Source: Octopus sinensis
Lineage: Eukaryota
DNA length: 64,000 nt
NCBI RefSeq assembly: GCF_006345805.1
Contig: NC_043001.1
Span: 74,214,001-74,278,000 of the forward strand
Direction of reading: 5' to 3'
The translations under genes were made by a program, and so were the position numbers. Within the stretch, counting starts at the first letter, position 1; every line of letters starts with the position of its first letter. This document shows positions 1 through 11,732 of the stretch, in pieces. The notes below the pieces were generated by a model, which did not search any database, had not been told where the DNA came from, and was given only the letters and a program-made list of their open reading frames with translations.

Positions 1-323
1 GTTTGGTTTTCATTTTCCGCGTTTTTCATAAAATAATTACCAGGTGAATAACATTTGGGTTGATCTAATCAGTCACACATATCAGCAACTTCTGAAGCAT
101 TCTACCTCCGTTTGAAATCAACAGTTTTTAAATCTTTTATTTTATCTTTTGGTTCACGATATGCTTATACAAGATTTCATTCACACACACACGCGCGCGC
201 GTCATATATTCATTATTCTCGAAAGCTAAAGTTATTCACCATTTCTACAATTTGTCCTCTATTCGCCACCACCACTTCACCAATCGTTTACGACATCACG
301 CTAAATTAAAGGTCACAACATAC

Positions 324-644
324 TTTGCTCGCAAACGTTTCCGGTTTTTCTCCTTGATAAATCACAACCGTTGTAATATATTGCTTTGGGTTGATACCAA
401 CCGAGTAAAACAGTGTCGTCTTGTGCCATAACAAGGGCTCGAATTCAGGACAGTCATCATAGTTTCTGTAAACAACGACACTGGACTGAGCACGCGATTT
501 CGTGATAGTGAATGTAAAATTCACCTGTTCTCGACTCCGTTCAACTGAGCTGTAGTTGTATGAAACCACCTTGTGTTTCGGTTTTGATTCAGCATCAGTC
601 TTTGGTTGGCCTCCCACAGTCAGCGTCAGTGATGCACGTTCCAT
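324..644 (-). CDS. Candidate coding exon (321 nt, 107 codons, phase 0-0) of an unidentified host gene; weak PX-domain-like resemblance
   Basis: Minus strand reads ttgttttattttctcaacAG|ATGGAA at 644 and AAA|GTATGT at 324/323. The frame MERASL...TFASK is stop-free in unique, non-repetitive sequence. The segment FTFTITKSRAQSSVVVYRNYDDCPEFEPLL...GINPKQYI resembles p47phox/Tks-type PX domains by eye only. Confidence 0.55.
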
Positions 645-744
645 CTGTTGAGAAAATAAAACAAGGTTTTTGATTAAAGTTTAAACAGAAAACTATACCA
701 AACAATAACGTATCTATTCTTTTTTAATATTCTGTAGCAGATTT

Positions 745-1140
745 AAGGCGGCGAGCTGGCAGAATTGTTAGCACACGCTGGACAAAATACTTCGCGGCAT
801 TTTGTCTGTCTTTACGGTCTAACTTTCAACCTTTCGGGATAAAAAAAGTACGGGTTGAATACCAGGAGTCAATGTAATTGATTTAAACCTACCCCGAGCC
901 AAAATTTGAAATCAGTAATTTGAGGCAGCGTGCTGGCACAATCGTTAGCACGCCGGGCAAAATGCTTACTGATATTTAGTCTGTCTTTACATTCAGAGTT
1001 CAAACTCCACCGGGGTCGACTTTGCCTTTCATCCTTTCGGGATCGATAAAATAAGTATCAGTAGAGTACTGGGGTCGATGTAATCGACTTAGCCCCTTCT
1101 CGAAATTGCTGGCCTTGTGCCTATATTTGAAACCAAAATT
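745..1140 (+). mobile_element. Two adjacent copies of SINE family S1 (aaggcggcgagctggcagaa... head)
   Basis: Shares the head ggcgagctggcagaa, B-box-like gagttcaaa and body gtcgactttgcctttcatcctttcggg with many copies across the window. Confidence 0.8.
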
Positions 1141-1342
1141 TTGTGGAAGATTCGATGTTATTTTTCGTTATCGAAGAACATCTAATCCCTTTATATGATG
1201 TTCGAACTTGCCAGAACGCATTAAGAATGAATAGATCCATTCTTGTTTGGTTTCTAGCTGTTCGGCGTGTTCCCCATGGATTGTTACCTGCTTGGCAGAC
1301 ATCAGAATACATCAGCAAACAATTCGTTTGCTGATTCCTGTA

Positions 1343-1394
1343 GCTTTAACTGAGGAGACACACAGCTGAGTCGAAACACCGCAGTATCTAAAAG
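1343..1394 (+). ncRNA. Degenerate hammerhead-like motif
   Basis: CTGAGGA (1350-1356), stem II GAC..GTC, GAAAC accgca GTA; stem I (gctttaa / tctaaaag) pairs poorly. Confidence 0.3.
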
Positions 1395-1857
1395 TTCTTT
1401 TACACAGGTGAATATAGTCTAAAGAGAGAAGGTGTTCTCAGATGACGAAAAGCAACAGCAATCAGATTATAATGTTCGAATCAACCAGAATTCATTAACA
1501 ATGAATAGATAAGCTATTGTTTGGATTCTCCCCATAAAAACAAACGAACAAATCAAAATAAACAAGAAAGCCCAAAATTCCTGAAAGGGTTTCTGTTGTT
1601 ATTTAGCTTCGGTCAATATTCATTAAACATCTTTAATCAATAATTATTCCAGCTACGACTGTCTCGGTTTCTTTTCTTCAGACAAAGAGAATCTATAACT
1701 AAATTTAACTAACCGATTCTTCATTTTTTTGCGAACGGTCTTAGCGGGCAGTTTAAAGACTTGTACCTGTTTTAACACTACAAACTTTACACACACACAC
1801 ACACACATTGTACACACATAGTGGATTTGTTAGACGGAAACTGAAAGAAGCCTGTCG

Positions 1858-1936
<79 letters not shown>

Positions 1937-1942
1937 ATATGT
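1858..1942. repeat. (TA)n microsatellite
   Basis: Direct inspection. Confidence 0.95.
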
Positions 1943-2164
1943 ACTGTGAAAGTAATAAGGGTAGAAAATTTAGAAACAATTTCATATCGGTGGCTAGCAT
2001 GCGTAATAAAGTCAATAGATAACATATTTTCATATATAGTAGTGTATTTTAGAAATTCAATATTTCTTATTTTGATAATCAGTGAATAAACTTCACTGAA
2101 TATATATATATATATACAATTACGAAGTCGAGGCAAATATCACCAGCTGACCGGTGTCTGCTAC

Positions 2165-2210
2165 TCTAGGCCGATGAAGGACAACGATCCTGAAACACGG
2201 TGTCCCTAGA
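2165..2210 (+). ncRNA. Type I minimal hammerhead ribozyme motif, CCGAUGA (U4C) core variant
   Basis: Stem I TCTAGG/CCTAGA; core CCGATGA; stem II AGGA-caacga-TCCT; GAAA; palindromic stem III ACAC-G-GTGT; GTC triplet with predicted cut after 2204. Confidence 0.75.
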
Positions 2211-2789
2211 TGCAGTTCCGGCAGCCGGGGGTGTTTGTCTCCCCTTCGTATATGTATATAAGGACACAGGGAAAAAATGTGTCAAAGCTATCAGGAGGCG
2301 TTCGATGCTTCCTAGGGCTATACAGCGGTGGTGTACCCCCTACTGTCACGTTCTTGTTAGATTGACAGTATACAACCATTCTATCGCCCCACCACCGTAT
2401 ATGTCTCTACGAGAGATTTAGAAATTCAGTATTTCTAATTTAAGTATTTATACACGAAAAAGGTCTTTGACAGGACACCTTACATGCTAGAAAGGGCAGT
2501 CAAAGCCCAAACCACGAATGAAAGCAATTTCAAAGGGAATGAAAAAAAAATTGTAGTTACCCTCATACTCGAGTTTCTGTATCAACGTGAAATTAAATAA
2601 ATGACGAAGTACAGATGACAAATGATTTTATTTGTACATTGATACAGAAACTCGAGTCTGTGGGTAACTACAAAAATATTTTTTATTTTCATTCCCTTTG
2701 AAATCGCTTTTATTCATGGTTTGGGCTTTGACTGCCCTTTCCAGCATGTCAAAGGTAACCTCTTTCGTGTATAAATACTTAAATTGTTT

Positions 2790-3055
2790 ATCTACTACTA
2801 TATATGAATATATATATTTATATGTATGTGTGTGTGTGCGTGTGTGTGTGTGTGTGTGTGTATGTGTGTGTGTGCGTGCGCGCGTGTCTTTGTGTTTGTC
2901 CTCCAATGATGTTGGTGTATTTATGTCCCTACAACTTAGCGGTTTGGCAAAATGGACCGATAGAATAAGTACCAGGATTAAAAAATTCAGTACTGGGGTC
3001 GATTCATTCAACCAAAATTCTTCAAGGCGGTGTTCCAGCATGACTGCATTTTAAT
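2790..3055 (+). mobile_element. 3' half of SINE family S2
   Basis: (TG)n centre followed by gatagaataagtaccagg...ttcaaggcggtgttccagcatg, as in the other S2 copies. Confidence 0.7.
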
Positions 3056-3056
3056 G

Positions 3057-4147
3057 CAGGGTTTAGCGAACAAGGGTAAATTACCCCGAGTGGGGTAAAA
3101 ATGAAATTCTTGGAGTAATGAGGACTCAATAGACATAAGTAAAATTATATAAAAAAACGTGTTCTTTGTTACAACAGAAATTTTTCTTCTGGCATGAGGA
3201 GGTAGTCAAAATTTGCTACCTTTTGCTACAACCTACCTTTGCAAACAAGGGTTTTTCTACTCTAATGAACATAAAAACAAAGGTGAGTGAGTAATCGATT
3301 GGATTCCGAAAACGCTATCTAAATTGTTCTGGCATCAAAACCTAAAGTAAAAAAGTTTCTAGAAAAATCCCTTTGTTTCATAATGAGGATACTAATTTAT
3401 TTTATCGCATTTGTTTTATACTTTTAATATTCATAATTGTATTCTATTGGGTTGTACGGAAAGTTCATGCCGATTTATAGTAGCTTACCTTTCGACTTAT
3501 TTTAGAACATGGTTGAGTCCATAAAATAGGATTTGACTACACCTCCATTTAGAGCACAGTTTAAGCTATCTTTCTCGTGGAAGAAAGTTTATGTTCCTAT
3601 AACCTGTGTTAATTCTGTAACCCTTTAAAATGGAAGATAAGAAAGTTTATTTTCAGCACTTGATGCTTTGGGAACCAGACAAAAATTGCTGCAGCTCGGT
3701 TGGGTATGTTACCCCACCCTCCATATTCACCAGATGTTTCTCCTTCGGATTTCCACTTATTCAGGTCTCTGCAGAATAGTCTTAATGGTAAAAATTTCAA
3801 TTCATTGGATGACGTAAACAGATACCTTGATGAATTATTTGCCATGAAACCACCTCAATTCTGGGAAGAGGGTATTTTCAAGTTAAAGGAAAGATGGAGT
3901 CGCATGGTGCAACAAAATAGTTCATATTTGGTTGATTAAAAATGTAATGGTAAGTATTTATTGACCTTTTTCTTTCCTTTAAAAATCGGCACGAACTTTC
4001 CGGACAACCCAATACATATAAATAGATTATTTAAACCCTTTGAATTCAAAGAATCTATGATTTTCTTCCCTTCAAATCACGGGGGTAACGTCGGCGTAAA
4101 TATATATATTTTGGGGTAATTGGTTAGAAAAGTTTACCCGCCTCCTG
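3057..4147. mobile_element. Possible degenerate hAT-type MITE hosting the mariner insertion
   Basis: Starts CAGGGTTT..AAC..GGGTAAATTACCCC; ggggtaa motifs and aaaagttt near 4080-4140. The right terminus is not clean. Confidence 0.3.
3447..4012 (+). mobile_element. Internally deleted mariner element with both TIRs
   Basis: 30-bp TIRs ttgggttgtacggaaagttcatgccgattt / aaatcggcacgaactttccggacaacccaa with TA on both sides. Retains the transposase C-terminus LPHPPYSPDVSPSDFHLFRSLQN...W (ORF 3700-3939). Confidence 0.92.
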
Positions 4148-5869
4148 GTCTAATGGCTGAAACAATTAAAAGATAAACGATAAAAGACACACATTACATA
4201 CACGACGAGCTACATCACAGTTTCCGTCCCCCACATTCACTCCCAAGTCATAAATCGACCCGGGATTATTATAAAAGCTACTTGACTAGCTGCCGCACAT
4301 GGGACTGGACCTGAAACCATTAGTTTACGATGTAAACTTCATAACCACAGAGCCGTACCTGCGCCAGAAGGGAAGTTTTCTAGTCTTCCGACTATTAAAG
4401 ACATCAGTTGCGGAGTCATAAAGTTCACTTGCATCGGGTGATTCCACCTCTAATATCTCGAGATTAGCTAACCTATCTTTGACGCATCTTTGATCTCATA
4501 ACATTCTTTATAGAAACCAAAACACTGAATGCTGTTCAGTGTGTGAAACTGGAAGCGTTATAATTATATTTGGGAATAGAACTTCAAGATGCTGTTGAGT
4601 GAGTTTAATAATTCAATTTATGGAATCAGGGTTTGAGAAATATTTGATCCATATATTGATTTTAAATGGAATATTTCACCTTTTATATCAATTGATATTG
4701 TATCGATGTTGCATATTTCACACAATTGATTAACATTGAACTCAATCTGATCATTTTCCTTTTCGAGATATTTCCAAATGAATCCAAATAATTTATTGAA
4801 ATGAGATGTATATTGAGTTGTCATGAAATATTGGATATGATTGGAGCAAATATGGCGTAAAAGATTTTCTACCTTAAACCTAACCACGGTTATAGAATAA
4901 ATATGCATTACTCTTATCTTCGCTAAATAACTTCTTTTTCATCTATCTCTTGTAAAATTAATTTCAGTTTTCAATATTTCTTGCAAGAGTTTTAGCGTCA
5001 CTAAGAAACTGTCCCATATTTGGCATAAGGAATCGAGCTCACCTATTAAAGAATTCAAATTATTCTCTTCTATTAACTGTAATGTAACGAGAACCCGGCT
5101 GAGATTCAAATCATAGTTCTCAGACTTTTCTCAGTCTAGAATCACGAGCTAATATATTTCCATAAAAGGTATTAATGCCTATGCGAATATAATCTGGCCA
5201 ACTTGTGTATGGCCGAGGCAATAACTACAGTGTAAGTGTGTAAATTTTTCTGCCAAAAATATTCTAGAACCTTTTTGGCGAACTAATTCAACTTAGTGAA
5301 AGTTATTTCAAGATTTGTACAGGTCGGTCGTTTTCCCTTCCTATGATAGCGTCTCATCTTTCTGTTTCTTTCCAATTCAAAGGCCTTAAGTAATAGAGTC
5401 AGTCAACGGATATTCATACTATGTAATGAATAAGAGTGCTCTAGTACCACTTTCACATTATGAATTTATCGGATGTGCATCTATAAACTCAGTGAGGTAG
5501 TTAAATAAAATATTTGTAAACTCTGATAAACTTAGTGTGGTTATTTCTAAAAAACACACAGCCTACTGGATATTGAGAATTGTTAAAGAAGATATGACAA
5601 CAGACCAATTCAAAAAAGTAGCCTTGGGTTGATAAACGATATAATGAAAGTCAACTGCTGTTAAAATTTAGGTTCACGTTGATGCTATACTAATACACTG
5701 AAAGGATTTGAAATAACTTTGGACACATTTTAAGCTTGAAATCGTTTCTAGAGTGAGATTTAGAATCAGGGAAGCCATAATTACTTTTAGTAGGTTGCAA
5801 GTGGTTGAGAAGTATCATGCAATGAAGCTGTTATCCAGTGTTTTGGTATTTGTTACCATTGAAGATAAA

Positions 5870-5979
<110 letters not shown>

Positions 5980-6464
5980 AATATATTGCAGAGATACTGA
6001 AAGGAACCAAAGGAAACAGTTTACTTTACTACAACATTCAGTGGTTTTAACTCCACCTAAGTTTACTTTAATACCACATTTAGTGGTTTTAACTCCCACA
6101 CTATAGCATGTACAAAGAGAAATAATACACCCAATTGACTGGAAGGACTTAAATTGCTTGACAACTTTTATAACAACCAGATAAACATATTACTTCCGTT
6201 GCTATATATTCCACAACGACAGGTAGAGGCTAGAATATCATATTTTTTTAGAATATCAAGCATTAACTTCGTTACATCATCGCCGCAGTTTTATTATTGT
6301 CAACAAAATAAAAAAGTTTTTCACTTCATATTGTCTAGTAACATTCTTAAGATAAGCATACACCAACGCAGTTTGTTCTATGTGGGACGAATTAGAAGTT
6401 GTATCCACAATTATACAGTAATGGTTTGCATGCTCACGTTCCGTTAAAATAGTCTGCCCAAACA

Positions 6465-6838
6465 CGCCGGGCGAAATGCTTTGCGGTATTTCGTCTGCCG
6501 CTACGTTCTGAGTTCAAATTCCGCCGAGGTCGACTTTGCCTTTCATCCTTTCGGGGTCGATTAAGTAAGTACCAGTTACGCACTGGGGTCGATATAATCG
6601 ACTTAATCCGTTTGTCTGTCCTTGTTTGTGCCCTCTGTGTGTAGCCCCTTGTGGGTGGTAAAGAAATAGGTATTTCGTCTGTCTTTATGTTCTGAATTCA
6701 AATTCCGCTGAGGTCAACTTTGCTTTTCATCCTTTCTGGTTCGATAAATTAAGTACCAGTTGCGTACTGGGGAAGATCTAATCGACTGGTCCCCTCCCCC
6801 AAAATTTCTGGCCTTATGCCTAGAGTAGAAAATAAAAT
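6465..6838 (+). mobile_element. S1 SINE (5'-truncated, dimeric body) with 19-bp target-site duplication
   Basis: Flanked by aaaatagtctgcccaaaca (6446-6464) and aaaatagtctgtccaaaca (6839-6857). Confidence 0.85.
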
Positions 6839-7559
6839 AAAATAGTCTGTCCAAACAACAATCAATGAACTTATTTTAACTACCAAGAGATAAAAATGAG
6901 CTTGCTTGCATCCTTTTTCTATTTTGAGAAGCTTTAAGTCTTATGACTGACTAACTTTAAAATATAAATGTCGTAATAATCAATCTGTCCCAATACTCGC
7001 TAGAAATTCCATTTCTTCCGTAAACAATGTGACTTCTCACCTCTAAAGCCAACTCCTCGCTTTCTAAGAAAGAATGTACATGTTATAAATGTAAACTTTT
7101 TTCTTATATATATATCTGATCTTTGAATTAAAAGACTTTTAATTTGAATTAAAAGACTATCAACAAACGATTTATGCGATAATTGCAATCCAAGCTTCAC
7201 CAGTTGACACGTTAGAAACACTACCCCCACTACACTCGTTTCTCTAATAACGGGTATCCTCCAGTTAATATTTACTCCCGAAATAGTGGAAAAGGGAAGA
7301 ACATAACATATTGGTATGGAACGACATAAGAAACAGAAAAAAATTCTTCTTTTACACTTGCTCCAAACTTTTCCGTTACGTAAATGTTCTTCGCTATTTT
7401 AAAGTTTATCTTTCATTAAAACATCAACAGGAATTGATGGCCCAAATCATCCTCTGGAAGCCTTTTGAGAATGATTGTGTCCCCCATTTTACAGCATCGT
7501 TAACTTCAGTTATGGTAGGTACCTCCTTTCTCATATTTCACTATCATAGTCAAATAATT

Positions 7560-8155
7560 GCTTTAAATTTTGGCACAAGGCCAGCAAATTTAAGGAGAGG
7601 GGGGATGTCAATTACTTTGACCTCAATGCCCAACTGGTTCTTATTTTATCGACCTCGAATGGATGAAAGGCAAAGTTGACTTCGACAACATTTGAACTCA
7701 CAACGTAAAGCCGGAAGAAATGCCGCTAGGAATTTTGTCCGGCGCGGTAACGATCTTTTCTACTATAGGCACAAAGCCTGATATTTTTGGGGAAGTGATT
7801 AGTCGGTTACATCGACCCCACTGTTCACCCGAGAGGATGAAAAGGCAAAGTTGACCTAGGCAGCATTAATGATACTAATAATAATATCAAATTTTGGTAC
7901 AAGGCTAGCAAGTTCAGGAGAGAGTTTAAGTCGGTTATATCGACCCCAGTGCTCAACTGGTACTTATCTTAAGGCGGCGAGCTGGCAGAAACGTTAGCGG
8001 TATTTCGTCTGTCGTTACGTTCTGAGTTCAAATTTCGCTGTGGTCGACTTTGCCTTTCATCCTTTCGGGGTCGATTAATTTAGTACCAGTTACGCACTGA
8101 GGTCGATGTAATCGACTTAATCCGTTTGTCTGTCCTTGTTTGTCCCATCTAGCCC
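7560..8155. mobile_element. Cluster of S1 SINE copies (two minus, one plus)
   Basis: ggatgaaaggcaaagttgac and its reverse complement, plus the aaggcggcgagctggcagaa head at 7972. Confidence 0.75.
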
Positions 8156-8156
8156 A

Positions 8157-8159
8157 GTG

Positions 8160-8198
<39 letters not shown>

Positions 8199-8228
8199 GT
8201 CGTCGCCGTCGTCATCAACTACTACCAA

Positions 8229-8280
<52 letters not shown>

Positions 8281-8281
8281 G
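8157..8281. repeat. Compound (CAT)n/(CGT)n/(TAC)n microsatellite
   Basis: Direct inspection. Confidence 0.9.
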
Positions 8282-9112
8282 TTGCTGATGTTAGTATAAC
8301 GCCTGTTGCATCAATGCAAAGGTGCCTGGTGGTGTTTAAAAACTGAAACAGTCTATGAAAGAAGAGACAAGGAACTTAACATTACAGCGCCGGGTGTTAT
8401 TGTCAGTCTGACCCTCTGTCAAGAAAATAGCAAGAGCAGTATTTAAATGGAGAGAAATATAAAATACTGCCGCATGTCATTTGGGGCGTCTGCAAGCTGC
8501 AGATTGCTGGAATAAGTTTAGATATGACGACGGGAAATAACATCTTAATTTACATAAATACACAAAAGGTCGCCGGTTATCAGCGACAAATCAACTTTGG
8601 TGAAATATCAGGTGGTACTGATATTGCTTTAAAATAATATGGTCTATACTGGAATTGTTCTTGGAAATAGGCAATTGAGAGACGCCATAAGCTATTTATA
8701 AGATTGTGAATGATGGATTATCAGTCACCTACATAGGCATTCATTAAAGTATTGGTCGCTTTTATCATAGTAATATAGTAATATCATGACATCTAAGGTG
8801 TTTCTCTTCAATTTTACATTGAATCTGTTGATGGAAGTATCTAACAGTTGATTTTTCAAGAAGACGAGGACGTGAGGGTGGCCAGGGACTTTTAAGCATT
8901 TTGTTGTTTACAAATTCCTATATTTGAATTTTAGAGAACTTTAGCATTCTGTTCCTTTGAGTAACAACAAAATTGTTTTTGTTGTATAACCCCCGGCAAA
9001 CCCTTATCAAGTAGCCCCATGACACACAGTTGTTAGGCCGAAAGACTACGCGAAACCCACAGATTCGTTTTTGCAGTCATAACACATTTCCTCCTAGCTA
9101 ACGATCGTACTG

Positions 9113-9283
9113 TGGAGGCGCAATGGCCCAGTGGTTAGGACAGCGGACTCGCGGTCGGAGGATCGCAGTTTCGATTCCCAGACCGGGCGTTGTGTGTGTT
9201 TATTGAGCGAAAACACCTAAAGCTCCACGAGGCTCCGGCAAGGGGTGGTGGCGACCCCTGTTGTACTCTTGCGAGAATAAAAA
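9113..9283 (+). mobile_element. tRNA-derived SINE family S3 with 13-bp TSD
   Basis: A-box tggcccagtgg and B-box ggtttcgattcc; flanked by aacgatcgtactg (9100-9112) and aacgatcatactg (9284-9296). Confidence 0.85.
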
Positions 9284-9452
9284 AACGATCATACTGCATT
9301 TACTCGGTTATACTTTGAGAAGTACCTAACGCAGCGATTAGACAGACTTTTATTTCAACTTTCAGAGCAGTGGAATATTTATTTCGACTCTCTGCACTCT
9401 GTCCGGTCAACATTATCTTTCAACCAACCATCCAACCAAAAAAAAAAAAAAA

Positions 9453-9770
9453 CCCACCCATTCATCCATCCATCCATCTTCTCTGCCCACTACTCCTGGA
9501 AAGTTAGTGGGGGCAGAGGCCTCTGGTACCTTCTTCATAGGGGTCTATAAGAAGCAACCGTCCTTAGATTTTTCCGACTGGATTTCCATGAGCGACAAAC
9601 TGAGATTATGGATAATACCCAATCATCTCGCTCTTGATTTACCCCTAGGTTTCCAACCGGTTAGTTTGGCTTCAAGAATCGGTCTTGTGATTCTTTCTTG
9701 TGACATTGTAATCACATATCCATAGTGCCGGAGCTGTGGCTTCCTACAACACCGAGACTAAGGTAGCGTA
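9453..9770 (-). mobile_element. 5'-truncated RTE-clade LINE 3' end with (GGAT)n tail
   Basis: Minus frame QLRHYGYVITMSQERITRPILEAKLTGWKPRGKSRAR* matches the RTE C-terminal motif; the tail is gatggatggatg. Confidence 0.7.
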
Positions 9771-10647
9771 TGCAGAAAGTGTCTCACTAGTAACGGGAAC
9801 ATGGTAAATGATTAAAACAAGTTAAAGCACAAAATTCCATGATCTATTTATTTACACATTTATCAAGAAAATTGCTGACCTTGTGCTGAAATTAGAAAGC
9901 ATTACTTAGTACAACTCACTCTTATGCCTGGTCTTCTCACTCAACTAAATATACAAAATTTTCAATGAAATACATCAATAGAGACACATAAACGGAAATC
10001 TGGTTTTCAGGAAGAAAATGCACCGAGAACGGAAGGAACAACGCACTTAGTTAGGCTTTTGTTTCACCAGTAAAGGACCTGAATCGGTATAATGGACTTA
10101 ACTTATCCCCTTTTCATAAAATATTTAGCATTATACCAATGCCAGAAAACATTTTAGAAGCAGCAACAACGATTCCTTGATTGAATGTCGAACTGTGCAG
10201 TATGATCGTTAATTTGGAGGAAATGTGTTATAACTGCAAAAACGAATCTGTTGGTTTCGTATAGACTTTCGACCTAACAACTATGTGCTAATGGGGCTAC
10301 TTGATAAGGGTTTGCCGGGGGTTATACAACAAAAACAATTTTGTTGTTACTCAAAGGAACAGAATGCTAAAGTTCTCTAAAATTCAAATATAGGAATTTG
10401 TAAACAACAAAATACTTAAAAGTCCCTGGCCACCCTCACGTCCTCATCTTCTTGAAAAATCAACTGTTAGATACTTCCATCAACAGATTCAATGTAAAAT
10501 TGAAGAGAAACACCTTAGATGTCATGATATTACTGAGCACTGGGGTCGATGTAAATCGACTTACTCGCTCCACCCCGAAACTGCTGGTCTTGAACCAAAA
10601 TTATTTTAATTATTTTTACTACTACTACTACTACACTACTACTACTT

Positions 10648-10680
<33 letters not shown>

Positions 10681-11128
10681 TTACTACTACTATTACAGTT
10701 TAATATATACATCGAAGGACAGACAGTAATGTCAACATATTGTCACATCTAAGTAAAAAAAAAATAATGTTGCTTTAAGAAAGTTGTTCTGAGAGAAACT
10801 CACTTTTAATGTTTATGAGAAAATGAACAACTAAATAAATAAATAAATAAATAATTTTGTATGATTCATTCTCTTTGTAAAAGTCACATCGATTATATTG
10901 TGCCGAAAGAGAATTTTAATATTTCAAAACAAAGATTTGATAGTTTGCACAGGTTGTTCAGTTCAAACCCTGTTTTACAAGTCAAACAGCTATCAGTACG
11001 GCTAAATGTACACACATAAATGTATTTGTCATGCAGGGCTAAAAAAAAGAAAACATGCCTAGTCTTTGTATCGGTTGTTTTCTTTCTTTTTTTTCAAGAC
11101 ACATTGTAAAAAATATAATATAATTTAC

Positions 11129-11260
11129 CAGTGTTACAGGTGTTAAAAAATGAACTTCCAGACTCTAGACTCCAGTCAATTCCTTTATTTATAAAGTGAA
11201 CGACATTGAGAGTGAATACGTGAAAAGGTTTGTTTACAATCGAGTTTACCTCATGGAAAC
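11129..11260 (-). other. Candidate 132-nt exon (coding phase 1-1, or UTR)
   Basis: tttgatatacAG|GT acceptor, ACTG|GTAAAT donor, one open frame FHEVNSIVNK...SFFNTCNT in unique sequence. Phase does not join cleanly to the 324-644 exon. Confidence 0.3.
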
Positions 11261-11281
11261 CTGTATATCAAAACTGTCTAC

Positions 11282-11288
11282 AGACACA

Positions 11289-11360
<72 letters not shown>

Positions 11361-11616
11361 TACACACACACGCACCCCCCACACACGCGCACACACACTG
11401 TACATTACGCAGGTATTTTTAGAGTTGGTTTAGATTATAAAGTAAACGGTGAGACGAGGACATTATGCATGTATGCATGTGTATGTATGTATGTATGTAT
11501 GTATGTATGTATGTATGATGTATGTATGTATGTATGTATGTATGCATGTATGTATTTATGTGTGTATGTATGTATGTATATATGTATGTATGCATGTTTG
11601 CGTGTATATATATATA

Positions 11617-11651
<35 letters not shown>

Positions 11652-11652
11652 C

Positions 11653-11701
<49 letters not shown>

Positions 11702-11732
11702 TATATATATATTATATATATATATATATATA
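11282..11732. repeat. Compound (CA)n, (TATG)n, (TA)n microsatellites
   Basis: Direct inspection. Confidence 0.95.

Larger units (their letters stand above)
8777..10534. repeat. Long inverted repeat (arms about 8777-9112 and 10195-10534)
   Basis: The outer ~245 bp of the arms are reverse complements with 2 mismatches seen; the inner ~90 bp are clearly more diverged. Confidence 0.9.

Noticed and set aside
324-644. Alternative frame starting DGTCITDADCG with only TGA stops (selenoprotein idea)
   Set aside because: TGA in that frame is the expected by-product of NNT-GAN codon pairs in the open frame. No resemblance to selenoprotein P and no SECIS seen.
9113-9190. tRNA gene calls for SINE heads (also 27868, 41436, 24861)
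   Set aside because: A/B boxes continue into shared SINE bodies, with TSDs in two cases, and have no complete cloverleaf.
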